Assembly (NCBI GenBank): GCA_965178125.1
Contig: OZ237738.1
Location: forward strand, 620,001-684,000
Direction: 5' to 3'
Source: Bilabrum cf. latius
Lineage: Eukaryota
DNA length: 64,000 nt
The translations under genes were made by a program, and so were the position numbers. This document shows, one piece after another, positions 11,666-24,600 of the stretch; within the stretch, counting starts at the first letter, position 1; each line of letters starts with the position of its first letter. The notes under the pieces were generated by a model, which was given only the letters and a program-made list of their open reading frames with translations, searched no databases and had not been told where the DNA came from.

Positions 11666-14600
11666 ATGGAGATTGGAGATATACAGTACGCCGAAATCGA
11701 TACAGAAGACGCCCGGGGAGCCGCTGTAGTTGCACCTCAGACCGGCCTGAGCAAGCGCCGCTCCCTCAGGCGACGACGGTCGCGTGCTCGATCCCCGATG
11801 GTGCCAATCGTCATCCCAAGCGCTAGCAAAAAATTAGAATAGAGCAGTTCAGAGCCGTAGGATATTATCCGGTCCGTCCAGCCAGCGGAGGGTGCAGAGG
11901 CACGGTCGAGTTCGAATGGCAACGCGAGCAGCGCTTCCGATGCAGCCGGTGGCCAACTGGGAGATCTTGCGAGCCAATCCCACGTTAATATGATACTTCC
12001 AGAGAGCCCGAGAGAAAACATATCAGCCGAGTGGGGTGGCGAGGTGGTGAGGTAGGATGGCCTGGGCAGTGCCGCGGACGGCCAGGGTGCCACACTGCCA
12101 GCAGACATCGTCGATCTTGAGAGGTAGAGACGAAAGGAAATTGCCGAATTTCAAGCGGTGGTTTAGGCTCGCCTGCCAGGTCACCGGCATTCGCCGGCGC
12201 GTGCGACGAAGCCGGCGGCCCGATCGGCTCGGGGATATGCAGCTCAGTCCGATTTGAGAGCCTTGCGAGCCGGCGGCCGGCAGGTCGCCAGAACGTTTGG
12301 GGCTGCGGAGGAGCTAAGCGCAGCGATGGATGGATTCGGTGGGGCAAGCCGAGCAGCGTCATCCTCGGCGGTGCCCGCCGCTGCAGGCAGAATCCTCGGC
12401 GCACGGCAGGCGAGCAGAGGCACGGGCAGAGGCAGACGAGGAAGAGGCGCTGCGGATCAGCCAGGTAGCCAGATTGCAGGGGCCACCTCTCGATTGCGCT
12501 CCGCCGACGATTTCGACCTGGCGCTAGGCTCTGCTCCAAGTAGCAAGGCAAGGCAGCCAGCGCGGCCGAAAGGGCGGTCGCCCGCAAGGGCCACCAAGCC
12601 TGGATATGATGCTGATGCTGCCACTGGTACTCGTACTACGCACGACTTGAAATTTGATTCTCTAGCAGGAACTGCATTCGAGAGCAACGCTAAGAACGGC
12701 ACGAAAATGGGTGCAACCGGGCGGCTTGATATGGAGGCAGAGGTCCGTGGGCCCTCTGATGGCGGTGCTGACGACTCTGGTACCGATGCTGATGATTATT
12801 TAGGGGCTGGTGGTCGACGCGGTAGCAGCGTTGGGCTGGTAGCTCCTGTTGAAGGGGCGAGAGCATCGCGAAGCCAGCGTGGCGGATCCATCGAGCAACC
12901 TGGTACGGAGGACACTGGCGCCAAGAGCGCTTCCGCATCCGATGGCGAGGTTCGCCTGGACCTGGACTCGCCGTCTCAAGAGGATGAGATGCATGCACTC
13001 AGCCCGGCGTGTCGCCCCGCTGCACGACAGAAAGGCGAACGCACAAACTCGCAGCAAGCCCAGGCCACAGGATTTGACGCCGACTCGACAGAACGCCTGA
13101 TTGACGACCTCTTCCAAGCAGCACCATCCTAGATGCAGGTGGCGGCACAGCCAGCAGGGTTGTCCTCTAGGCATGATACGGCCTCGCCAAAGCTTGCAGA
13201 GGCCCGTGCTGGCCAGCGCAGGAAGCGTGCGCCTGAAGATGGCGGTGACCTGAGCGAGATGGCAGAGTTCTCGGCCGGTGGGGGAAGCAGCCGATCCAAG
13301 AAGCGCAGGCGGCAGTCCAAGCTTGCCCCCGCAGGAGAAACAAGCTCGCGGAAGGCATCGGCCGCGCGGTAGCAAGGTGGGCCCAGCAGTATCCTGGACG
13401 GCGAGTCGAATGCAAGGTCCGGTGGCAACACTGCCTCGCGACGATCGTCGAAGCAGCCGTCGTCCGCTGGGGAGCTGCCGCGCACCTCGATTCTGGAAGG
13501 TGAAGGCGCACCCTCGAAGGCAAGGCCAATCATGTCCATGCAGGCGTTCCTGCAGAAGAGGCACGCGGGCGTGCTTCCTAGCCGAGTGCCAGCCAGGCAG
13601 CAGCAGCCCTCGAAGCAAACTGCCACGCTAGATCACAGAGGCACCAACGCACTGTCAAAGACTCCCACCAAGTCCGCGGCTGCTCGAGCCCGAGGTGCAG
13701 CTGCATCCAGGCGGCTGCCGACCAGGATTGACGCGGCTCTGATGGCTGCCGCCAGTGTGGCGCAAGGATTCTCCGTGAATGCCATCCTGCGAGGCAGCGG
13801 ATCGTCTCTGTCGTCCACGCCGACAAGCGCTACCACTGCCTCGCAGCGGCCCGGTCAGCAACACCAGCCTCCTTCCCGCCATGCAGCTGCTGCCGGCGCG
13901 TAGACTCGCGAAGCCGAGACCCTGCCACCGATGCTCGCTGCACATGCACAGCTGCAGGCACGCATGCACCGCGACCAGTCGCGGGCTGCGGACCACGGAG
14001 GGGGTGCCATCACGACCACCCAGATGCTGCCTGCCACGCTGCGAGCCGCAATCGAGAGGGCCCGCGGGTCGCGTGCTGAGGCATCACAAGGGGCATTCGC
14101 AGCGGGCGGCAAGCTGCCCATTGCCTCCATGAAGACCGGGGCATCCCTCTCGTCACCAACGCAAGCCAGCGCGGCAATCGCGCCAAGCGGAGAGTCGTCC
14201 AATGCTGAAACGAGCGGGGTGCAGCTGGCAGCCCTTGCGGTAGAGCAGGGCTAGGCCAACGACCATTCGAAGTCCAACGGGTACTGGCAGCAGCAGCGCG
14301 GAGAAGCCGGCCAGCACCAGCACCACGTCGCAGTGGGTGGGTCGTCCGTCAGAGGCAACTCCGGGTCGCCTACCCGGAGGCTTGCGCGCGGGAAACAGGC
14401 AAAGGCAGGTCCGCTGGTGGCGATGCTGGCGAGGTGCTGGCGGCAGACAGCCCAGGATGCCGCACTACTGGACCACTACCACATGCAGCACGGCGCGCGC
14501 AAGCACCCGTCTCCCACTACCGGCTTGGCTCCCTCCTTCTCTTCGTCGTCAGCTTCGTCTGCTTCAGGTGCCGCCGGATCGCCTGTCCTAAAGGAGACCC

Positions 14601-15439
14601 GAGCCCCGCAGCATCGACCGTGGGTTGTGCTGGAGGCGATCGATTCGCGGTGCGTCGGGCCTCACGCATGGGTGCGGTGCTTGCTGCGAGCCACGTCAGA
14701 CGACGACGGCAAGCTGAAGCGCTCTAGTGTCGGGGGGCAACATGGGCGCGAAGGAGCCGATCGTAGCGGGGCGGGAGAGGCTGGGGAGGAGGAAGACTTG
14801 CTGCAGAGCATGTTGGATCAGGAAGACGCTACAGGTGGTGGGAGTAAGAGCCCGCTGGGTCTGAGGCTGACAGCCGAAACGCACGACGCGGAGCGATTGC
14901 CCGCAGCGGCAGCAACAGCACCGACGGCAGCGGCCCGCCCAACAGCTCCCACCGAGCCTGCAAGCTCGTGCATGGCACGCGGTCTGACCCCAAAGATCGT
15001 CGGGCTGGCAGCGGGGCAGGAGGTGGTGGCCCTGTTCGGGGCATCGCGCTGGAGCTGGCTGTGCAGCGCGGGGAGGGCGCCTGCCTGGCTCCGAGCAGGT
15101 ACTCGAGGGGAGGATGCTCGCTCCAGGGGATCTGGATTTCAAGCTAAATCGGTGGCGGTGAATGTGAGCGGTGCGATGGATGGCGATGGAGAGGGGAGGT
15201 GGAGGGAGCGGGCTGGGTTCTGCGTGAGGGTGCACGGCCCGTTCTCCGTGCTGACCAAGGGCTCAGAAGAGGGGGGCGGGGGACAGAACTCTCTCAAGCG
15301 AGTGGGCGCTGCCGATCCCGGGGGGGCGGCAGGAGCATCATCTCGGTCCAAGGGAGTCGGTAGGGAGGAGCGGCGCGGGCTGCCGGTCCTACTGTCGACC
15401 GCGATGAGTGTGGCTGTCAGGACGACGGTGTGCCTATGA
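11666..15439 (+). CDS. Hypothetical 1257-aa single-exon protein, mostly low complexity; C-terminus weakly SPIDR-like
   Basis: One frame from ATG 11666 to TGA 15437, interrupted only by 9 TAGs (11840, 11858, 12053, 12125, 12164, 13130, 13370, 13901, 14252). Six ORF-track fragments fall in this frame. Confidence 0.75.
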
Positions 15440-15819
15440 GCCGAACTGGGTATTGGCATCCGTCGTCACCAATGTATTTCCGTGTCATTTCATACCCACT
15501 ATCATTTCCTGGCATGGAAATAGGAATACCAAGAGAGGCCGGTTCCCCAGATGAGTGCGGTTGCAACCGCATCGAACCGCTTTGTCTCTATTTCTGCTAG
15601 CACTTGGCATTTTTTGCCGGATACGGAACGGCATTATATTGTTATTTGTAATACAAATAAGTTGACACTGCGTTTACAAGGTGAGTACTGCTCTGCCTGG
15701 GTTTCGAGAGGTGAATCGATGCTGCTAAATATGACATGATCGCTCTGGGGCCCTTCAGATTGTCCTTCATGTGCATGTTTGGCTTCTTTAGAATAGAATT
15801 ATCAATTATTATCATCGGG

Positions 15820-18800
15820 ATGGCTCAAAGTTGGCCGAATACGTCGCGATAGGCCGCATAGAGGATCGGCAGGGGCACCCGGCTGCGAAAACTGTGACGT
15901 AATTTTGCGCTCGTCACACTCTTCAGTTGCTGTTGCAGTTGGACTTCTTACCCTTCTACGCAGGCGAGAGATAGGAATGGAGCTTGATTAGGGATCGAAT
16001 GGTATGGACTTGATTCAAGCTCTGGAGCACACTGGGCTCTCGTTGTCCCGTGGCCATGCGACGCTGATATTTAGCTCACCAAGGCGCATCTGCAACATCC
16101 TGTTTGAGTGGTGCTGTAGGAACTGTATCACGCAAAATCCGGTTCCATTATCGTCTGAAATGCTCCAGTATGCCGCCAGAGTGCGTGAACTGGTCACAAA
16201 CTACACCAACGAGAAGTTACGAGCAGCGCTGCAAGCATAGTTGCAGAGCCCACAGCATGCTTCATCCGGACAGAATCGAGACCAACACCCAGAAAGCACC
16301 GAATTCCAAGGCGCTACATTTGCACATGCGCACGAGGCTGCGCGAGCAGTGTCCTTCCCTGCATTACCAGACCCGCCTGTGATGCCAGACCTCTGTGCGA
16401 TGGGTGTGCGTTGCATCTCCTGCGGTGCCCCCGCGAACGTATCTGGCCGCTGGATCACATCCACTAGACGCACAATGCGAAGAGTTAGACGCATGGTCAA
16501 GCCTGGTGCCAGAGTAAGCAGCAGCAGCGCGCCAGTGGCTGGCAGTGGTGCAGCTACCAGCGAAACCGTCGCCGGCAGTACAAAGACCGGCCAGGCGCCC
16601 GATTCACAGCCCATGTCAGACGGTGCTGACAGCGGAACCGGTGCCGCGACAGCCGCAGAGAGCGATGGTAGCACAGCCCCGATGTCCGACGAGGGCATCC
16701 AGGGAGAGCGCTGGAGGGGCGCTGGCAGCAGCAGCGCGGCAGGAAGCAGCGTCGCCGCGCAAGCCTCCAGGGCCGGCTCCGCAAGAGCTGTACGCCCCCT
16801 CGTCTCGGAGCTCCGTGACTTGCTACCGCTGACCCTGCCGCGCACGCTGGATCCCAACGCTGTCGCTCCCCCTGGGCTCGGTACCACAGGCGTACTCGAT
16901 TTCGGCACCGATGCCACGGAGGTCGACCCGTCGAGCAGTCTGGCAAAGGTGGCGAGGCGACAGGCGCTGGCCGTTGCCACGCAGACGATGGTTTCCTCAT
17001 CCGGAAGCGTGGATCGAGCGGATGCTATGGCGCGAGGGGTGGGCAGCTCCTCTACAGCCAACGGGACTGACGGCGGGGCAGCCAGCCGGCGGGGCAGCAG
17101 CGGTGCGAGCGACGTGGGGGACAACGACCGACGCCTGGGCGACGATCGGGATCGAATGCCTGCCGATGCACCTAGTGTGATCGCGAGGGCCTCCTAGAGC
17201 GGTCCAGTGAAGGACCTGGAGTCGTAGGGGGCGGCAAGCGCGCCTCGCAGCGTGGCTGGCTCGGTGAGGTCTTCGAAGGGCTCTGCCAGGTCTGCATCGT
17301 CAGTGTCTGCGGCAGATGATGACGATGATGAGAACGACGAAGACAGTGAAACCGATTTTAATGATAAAAAAGCAGGCGGCGAGGCCGGCAGCGCCAGTGG
17401 TGCCGCTCAAGCGAGGGCCTTGCTGGCTCCAGGGGGGTCGGTGCCTATGGAGGATGGGGAAGACGCCCGACTGAGGAGAGGAGACAGCGACGCGTTTCCA
17501 TCCAGAGCGTCTGAAACGAGCAGGCCTGGGGTCGATCGGCCCGCCAGTCCGGCAGCAGCCACAGCCGGGACGCACGTCAGCGGACCCCGTGATTTGGAGG
17601 ACAGGGACCCTCTGGAGGCGGACGACGAGTCGCTGTGGCACGTGATCGACGAGGGCCTGCCGCGCTGCGACGTGGCAGAGCAGGGCGACTCTTGGATACA
17701 GCGCTGGGCTTCGCGCGGCGGCGCGGGCTCCTGGTTTGATGGCGTGAATGGCGGCAGGAGAAGGGCCTCGGCGGAGCTCGAGCTGGACTCGGCCGGGCTG
17801 GAGGGCGACAAGTCGCAGAACCAGTACGGCCTGCAGGCCATCGTGGAAGCGCCCCCTGCCCCTTTGAGACCCGACCCAGTGGCAGCTCGTGCCATTTCAG
17901 AGATACGATCCAACAATAGGAGGCGCTGGACGGGCAGACACGGGAGGTTCTCCTCGACCTCTGCCGGCTTCCAACCGGTGGTGGCCCTCGGTTACGACAG
18001 CCGCATGCTGCTGCACGACGAGATTCCCAAGAGGAAGCGACCTCTTGTTGATGGCATGCCCGTCCCGCCGATTGCCCCTCACCCAGAGAGGTCTGATCGG
18101 CTGCGGGGCATTGCCGGCCACTTGGCCGCCACTGGGCTGTGGCAGCGGTGCTGGAGGGTGCCCACCCGCTAGGCTCGCAGAGAGGAGTGCGAGCTGGTCC
18201 ACACGTCGTCGCACATGGACCAGGTGGAGAGCCTGCGGGAGGTGGGCGACGCCGGCTCGAGCCTGACTCAGGACACGTTCGCCAGCAAGCACACGCTCAT
18301 GGCTGCGAGGCTGGCATGCGGGACGGTGCTGGCCGCCACGGAGGCCGTCTGCCGAGGCCACGCCGACTCTGGCCTCGCGGTCGTGAGACCGCCGGGTCAC
18401 CACGCCGAGCCGGACGTGGCAATGGGATTCTGTCTTTTGAACAACGCAGCGGTGGCAGCAGCAGTGGCAAAACGGGACTGGGGCGCCCGCCGCGTGCTTC
18501 TGCTAGACTGGGACGTGCACCACGGCAACGGCACGCAGGCCATATTCGACTCTGACCCAGACGTTATGTACGTGTCAGTGCACCGGCACGACGACGGCAA
18601 ATTCTACCCTGGCACCGGGGCTGCACAGGACATTGGAGAGGGCGAAGGTATCGGCAGGACCGTGAACGTGCCTTGGCCCGGGGGTGGCATGGGCGACTTG
18701 GAGTACACGGCTGCGTTCGAGCGGCTCATCATGCCGGTAGCGCGGGAGTTTGCTCCCGACCTTGTGATCGTGTCTGCCGGTTTTGACGCAGCGGAAGGCG

Positions 18801-21406
18801 ACCCCTTGGGTGGCTGCGCGGTGACTCCTGCAGGTTACGCACACATGACCTCGATGCTGATGCAGCTCGCCGGTGGCCGCATCGTGCTTGCTCTCGAAGG
18901 CGGGTACAACGTGCGTTGCATCGCGCGATCCACGGAGGCTTGCCTCCGTGTGCTGCTGGGTGGCTCCCCGCCCCCGCTGCCTTCGCCGGAGCAGGCAAAG
19001 GCGAAGTCTCTCTCAGCCTCAAGGCTTGGGCTGGGCAAGCTTGGCATCCCGCCTGGCCTGGAGGATTCGGCGCACGCCCTGGCCGTCATCCAGCGTGCAA
19101 GAGAGCAAGGACACGACGTGCAACTGCAGAAGGCAAATTCGGACGACGAGGACGACGACGACAATGAGGCAAGCCGAGGGCAACGCCGTGACGTTAAAGC
19201 TCTGCAGGCCGAAGAGCAGGCCGTGAGGGCGGGCGGCTCGCATGGCGACACAGCTGCTGGGTAGATCGAAACCGACCGACACACGTCTTCTGCTGCGGGA
19301 TCGGATGCCATTAGCCGGCCGGCAGAGGGTGCTGAAGCCAGAAGCAATCCTGCCGCAGGGATGATGTCGGGCGCTATTTCGCAACGGGGCAGTGACGATG
19401 AGTACAGCGGGCACAGCGACTCCATGTCTGGCTCCGTGCAGGCATCCGAGCTGGTTGCTCTCGTCCCGGGCGCGGCACAAGCCATTGAAGCCGCCACCCA
19501 GGCGCTCCGGCCTCACTGGCACTGCCTCGGCGCCCTGGTGGCGCAGGGCGAGAGCGTGGCAGCGACAGCGTTCCGGCGAAGCATCAAGCAGCGGCTGCAA
19601 AAGCTGGCGAGCCGGTACTAGTCAGAGCAGCAGCACCGGGGTTCAGCTGTGGGAGGGGGCAAGCCTGTCGCCATTCCGGGCTGGGGGGCTGCTGCCACTG
19701 CCATGAGTGCTTACGTGGGGCAGTAGCCAGGTCTCTTCGGGGCGGGTTCGATGTCTCCAGGCAGGCTGCCCAGCTTCGATTCCGCGCAGCCGCGGAGCGC
19801 GGGGACAACCGGGGGTGCTTCTCTGGAGCAGCCAAGCATCAACTCCGTGGGTGCCGTCGGAGCTCACGACGATCAGCAGGTCGGGCTCGGGGGCCGGTCC
19901 GAGCGGAGGCTCTCTGCAGCTGATTCCATCGGAATGGTGACGCCTGGGGACGGCACGCAGGAACTGCTCCCCTCTAGGAGCAGTCGTGGCGGGTCGGGTG
20001 GGTCGGGTGGCCTGCAGCAAGCGGAACCGTTCGTGCCTGGCCATGCAACCAGCGGAGAGATCCCGCTGGGGACTGTGCCGCACACTAGCCGCCCGAGCAG
20101 CAGCGAGCAGCTGACACCCCGGAGCCCATGGGCAGCTGGCGTGGGAGAATCTCCCACCAATGGCAGGCCGAATGAAGTGCCGGCTTCGGCTGCTGCCGCC
20201 GTGCAGGCGGCCCAGTTGCAGAGTCTCAGTCCAGCCATGCAATTCCACCACGAGCACATGGTGTCGCCATCCTCGGGCGGTCTGCAGCAGCCGGTGATAG
20301 CAGCGGGCCAGAGCCTGACCGGTGTGGCCAACGGAGGTGCAGGAATCGCGGGCGGCGCGCTGGCTGCTGGGCTGCCAAATGGCAGCTCCTCGACTGCTGG
20401 TGGAGCTGGTGGCAGCGCTGGCATGAGCGCGCCTGCTGGCACTGTGGCTGGGCACTGTTCGTCTTCGAATGCATCCGCGGGTGTGCCACAAGGCAGTGCA
20501 CCGATGACCATGGGTCTCGGCTTGAGCCACGGAATGCACAGCGTGCCCATTGGTGGCCTCTTGCATCACCGTATCGGTGGGCCGCAGCGTGGCGGGAAGG
20601 CATACCTCCCGGTAGCACTCCCTGTCCCCAGGCAAGCCATCATGGTGCCCCTCTCGGAGGTGGAGAAGATCATCGACATGGTCCTGGGCGACCCCGACGA
20701 GGTCGGTCCGCTGTCTAGTGCGCTGAGCCAGGGCGGCGCAGATACATCCAGCGAGCTAGAGTCGATGAGACCCGTGCCTGGTGACGGTGACGAGCCTGTC
20801 ACTGGCGATGTCGGCGGGGCGCTCACCCCCACCACGGCGCACGGCAGGGGGTTTGGCTCCTCGAGTGCTGGGGCCATGGGCTCCGTAGATGAGTCTAGAA
20901 GTGACAGCCGCGGGGACGGTGAAGCGGCTGAGCCCGTCGGGGCTGAAGCCACCGATCCTACTGGGGATTCGCAGGCTCGCTCCTCGGCAGGGGCACAGGC
21001 TGGGGAAGGGGCAGGGGCAGAGGCAGGGGAAGGTGGTCCTCCCCACGGCACGCACCAGCTGCAGCACGGTGTTCAGGGCTCTTCGCACTCTGTTGGGAGC
21101 TCTCTGCCGGGGTCCCCTGGCTTGCGGGGGCTGGGCGGCGCTGCCGGCGAGGAGCTTGTCCGGTCTGGCGAGCTGTCTCCAGTGCGGCTGGGCGAGAAGA
21201 GAAGCAGGCCAGTGCCAGGAGGAGACGTTGGCAGGGGCTCTGAACCAGGGAACATCGCGAGGGGCCTTCTCCGGGCTTCCGCGGAGGAGGTTTCTGAACG
21301 AGGTCCTACCGCGGGAGACGGACAGAATTCCACCGGGACGGGTGGCACCATCGAGGCGGGGCCAGGCGCTGGGCAATCCGACAGCAAGCGGCCACGGGTG
21401 GAATGA
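15820..21406 (+). CDS. Class II histone deacetylase with long disordered N- and C-terminal extensions (~1840 aa)
   Basis: Motifs HPERSDRL, RPPGHHAE..AMGFCLLNN, LDWDVHHGNGTQ, SAGFDAAEGDPLGG and LEGGY. One frame 15964-21406 with TAGs only; ends TGA. Putative first exon 15820-15893 plus intron 15894-15963 is less certain (alternative ATG 15977). Confidence 0.9.
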
Positions 21407-21617
21407 ATCGGCACGTTCGCTGCGCAGGCAACTTGAAGCTATCCATGCCAACTTTGTGTACAATCTCAACACAATAAGCATCAAAATTATACCAATCGCT
21501 GTGTTTCTATCGAGCCCCGACTTCTGCTGCGTCTTTTGAGCGACCCGACTGCTCGCTGCTCGCCGATCGGCCGTCCGGAGCGGCAGGCAGGCTGCAGCAG
21601 CTTCATACTTTGTAGCC

Positions 21618-24600
21618 ATGAATGGCCCCGAAGTCCCTGTTGGCTCCTTACCGCCGCAGTGTAGATTAATAGACTATTTCGCTGTGCTTAGCAGGAAAGC
21701 AAACGGTTAGAAGCCTTGCGTTCTGCTGTAGTTGACTGATCCACGAGCTGCCTGAACCGTTGCAAATGCTCTTCGGTAATTGCGTCCCGCAGATGATGGC
21801 CCAGGGAGGCTGCTGGAACGAATACCGAGATGGGACCATAAAGATGCCGAATTTTCGCCGCAAGCTACATTAGTGAGCAGCTAGTGCCAAACAATGAGTG
21901 CAGACCACCAATGGACTGGTGTATCGCAGATTCCCCTACATTACAACCTAGCCGCAATTTCGCAGTTCTGCTTCCCACCAGTATCCCCTTGCCCTGACGA
22001 ACCGCACTTCTATGCTATTCGCTTGACGGATGGTGAATACAGGCAAGCATACGCGTGCTGCTTAGCATTCACTGATGCAGGCTCGGCTCTCAGAACAGTG
22101 TCTGGGCATGCGAATAAATCTTTTGAAGCCTAGAATAGTGATCTTGCTGACCATTAGAAGATTCAAGCTCCTTCAGTGCTTCCTGCGGCTGAATTCAAGT
22201 CAGGCCTCGATACGAAGGTATTGATGCTGATAAGCCGGCTCCCTCTCTTTTCTGTTTGGGAGACGCTTCTGCGGGCCATCCTGAGGACTTATTCTGGAAG
22301 GTTCGAACTAGATATCATGTCGGCGTACACACCAGCAGGATGGCTCTTGCCTAGCTGGGCGCCACCAGGCGAGGGCGAGTCGCATGGACGCCCCGCTGCC
22401 AGGCCACGAGCGAACGCAGAAACGTCTGCATCGCGCGCTGGGCTGCCTGCTGGCCTTGATCGGATCGAAGAGAGCTCTCAAGATCGTAGCAGGTCCACGG
22501 AAGGCCGCAGTCCCACCGAGTCAGGCACGCCTTCCCTGTCCTCCCGCGGTACCAGCGGCGCCCATGGTGCCAGCAACGGACTCGAACACTCCAAGGGGCG
22601 TGACAGCCCTTCGCAGTTCGCTTCAGAGGGGCTGCAGCCGTTACATTAGCGTAGCAGCGCTGCCTACGATTCCTCCGGGGAGCAGTCCGTCGCGTCATCA
22701 GCAAGCGAGGGGGCGGACAGCAGTGAGTCCGGGCCGCACCACGGGCAGCATGCAGGTGGCAAGGATAGCATGATGGAACAAGTTCCAAGTTTGGTGGAAC
22801 TCGGGGATGAGGCAGCTTAGAGGTTCCACGTGCAGCAAGTCCTGGAAAGTGTGGAGAACGAACGGTCGAGGCGGTTGCGTCGATGGTCGAGGCGGCTTTC
22901 CCAGCTCTCGAATCGAGACGATGACGGCAAGGCTAGTGGTGTGGCGAGAGGCGGGACTGAGGGGGAGCTGACCGAGCGGTTGGCGGGGGATTCAATCGAT
23001 GGTAGCAGTGAAGAAGAGGATCAGGATGGCCTCGGCGTCGCGATTGGTAGTAACGCTGGGTTGAGACCTTCCCCCCCCGGGTCATCGCTTCAGTAGGCGA
23101 GCAGTCCAACTGGCGCCTAGTCCTCGCAGATTGAGCCGCGCCTGTCGACTCGCCGCCGAGAGTCCACCATCGGTCCGCTTGTCAGTCTAGGTGCCGGTCG
23201 AAACCGAGAGCTACCAGGCCTGCTTCATTCTAGGTCACGTGGAAGCATAGACAGCAGGGCGTCCTCTGGTGCCCCGCCTAAACGGATGCTGCGGCGAGCA
23301 GACAGCGGGGCTGGTAGCACTGCTGGTGGTGCCTACACTAGCATTGCATCAAGCGCTTACGGAGGCGACTACGAAGATGAGGACGATATGACTTCTATAG
23401 GCGGTGGTGAGAGCGTGGCTCGACCGGGCAGGAGGCATTCACGAAGGTCTGTAGTACAGTAGTAGCAGCCAGTTCCTGCTGACGGTGTCTTTGCAGAAGA
23501 GGATGATGACATCACGGATAGCATCACGGTAGCAAGCACCACTCGCCCACCAGGAATTCCAGGACCCCCGCCCCGACCGCCCAAGCTGAATGCCATGCGA
23601 GCTTCCAAGGGTTGGAGCCAGAGCTCCAGACTCGTTGGTTCCAGACGGCCGGTGGTGCATGCTGCCGGCAAGGTACCCATCCGTGCGAGGTCGCAAGCTG
23701 ACCTTAAAGCTGCAGCAATTGGTATCAAGCTTAACATTTCTGACGACTAGCTTGCAATACCGTCAGTTGGAAGCAACAGCCGCAGTGGCAGCGGCAGCGG
23801 AGATGCTAGCGGTGACGGGAGCGAAGCTGATCAAACAGGAGTCGATGACACGGCTGAGCTGTCCGACGTCGATGCAGCTAATGGTGCCGATGAAGCCTCA
23901 TCTACCAATTCAAAGCATCGCAACCAAAGCGAGCTGCAGGCCATCATTAGGCGAGATCCTGTCTTATCGCGAATTGCTGCCGAGGAATCGCTGAGCCTCG
24001 TGCCACGCTGCCTTCTCAGACTGAGGCCAGCACCCCCAATCTTGGATGCAATAACGGTGGCTACTGCTGCTGGAGGGCCATTTGATGCCCTTGAGCCTGG
24101 AGATGGATCTGCCATGCCAACGGACCACCGGCTCGCCGACGAGCACCAGGACGCCTCCGGAACTCAGCCCCTGCTGCTCGGGCTTGGCACCCCACCGCAC
24201 CCGCCTGGAATACGACGATCGCGCGTTGGATCCGGCTCTAGCTCTCGCTCTCTGCTGAATGCCAGCAATGCATACGTCAGCAAAGAGGGATCGGTGTACG
24301 ACGCCGGGTAGATAAGTCGCCGCCACAGTGTGAGAGCCAGGACGCAGAGTGTTGCCGCTGAAGAGCTGGAACTGGTTGATCAGTCCAATGAGGCCAACCC
24401 CAAAGCTGTTCGAACCCAGACGGTTCAATCTGATACTGATTTCGCTGAGATGGATGAGGAGACTGCAATGCAGCCCGTGACAAGACGTGCAGCCGCTGGG
24501 TATTCGGGAGCGGGCCCTAGCCGGCTCCTGGTGTCGTTCGCAGGATGCTACTCGGTCGTGCAGTCATTGTTTCGAGATGCGCAGAGCGACCAAGCCGGAA

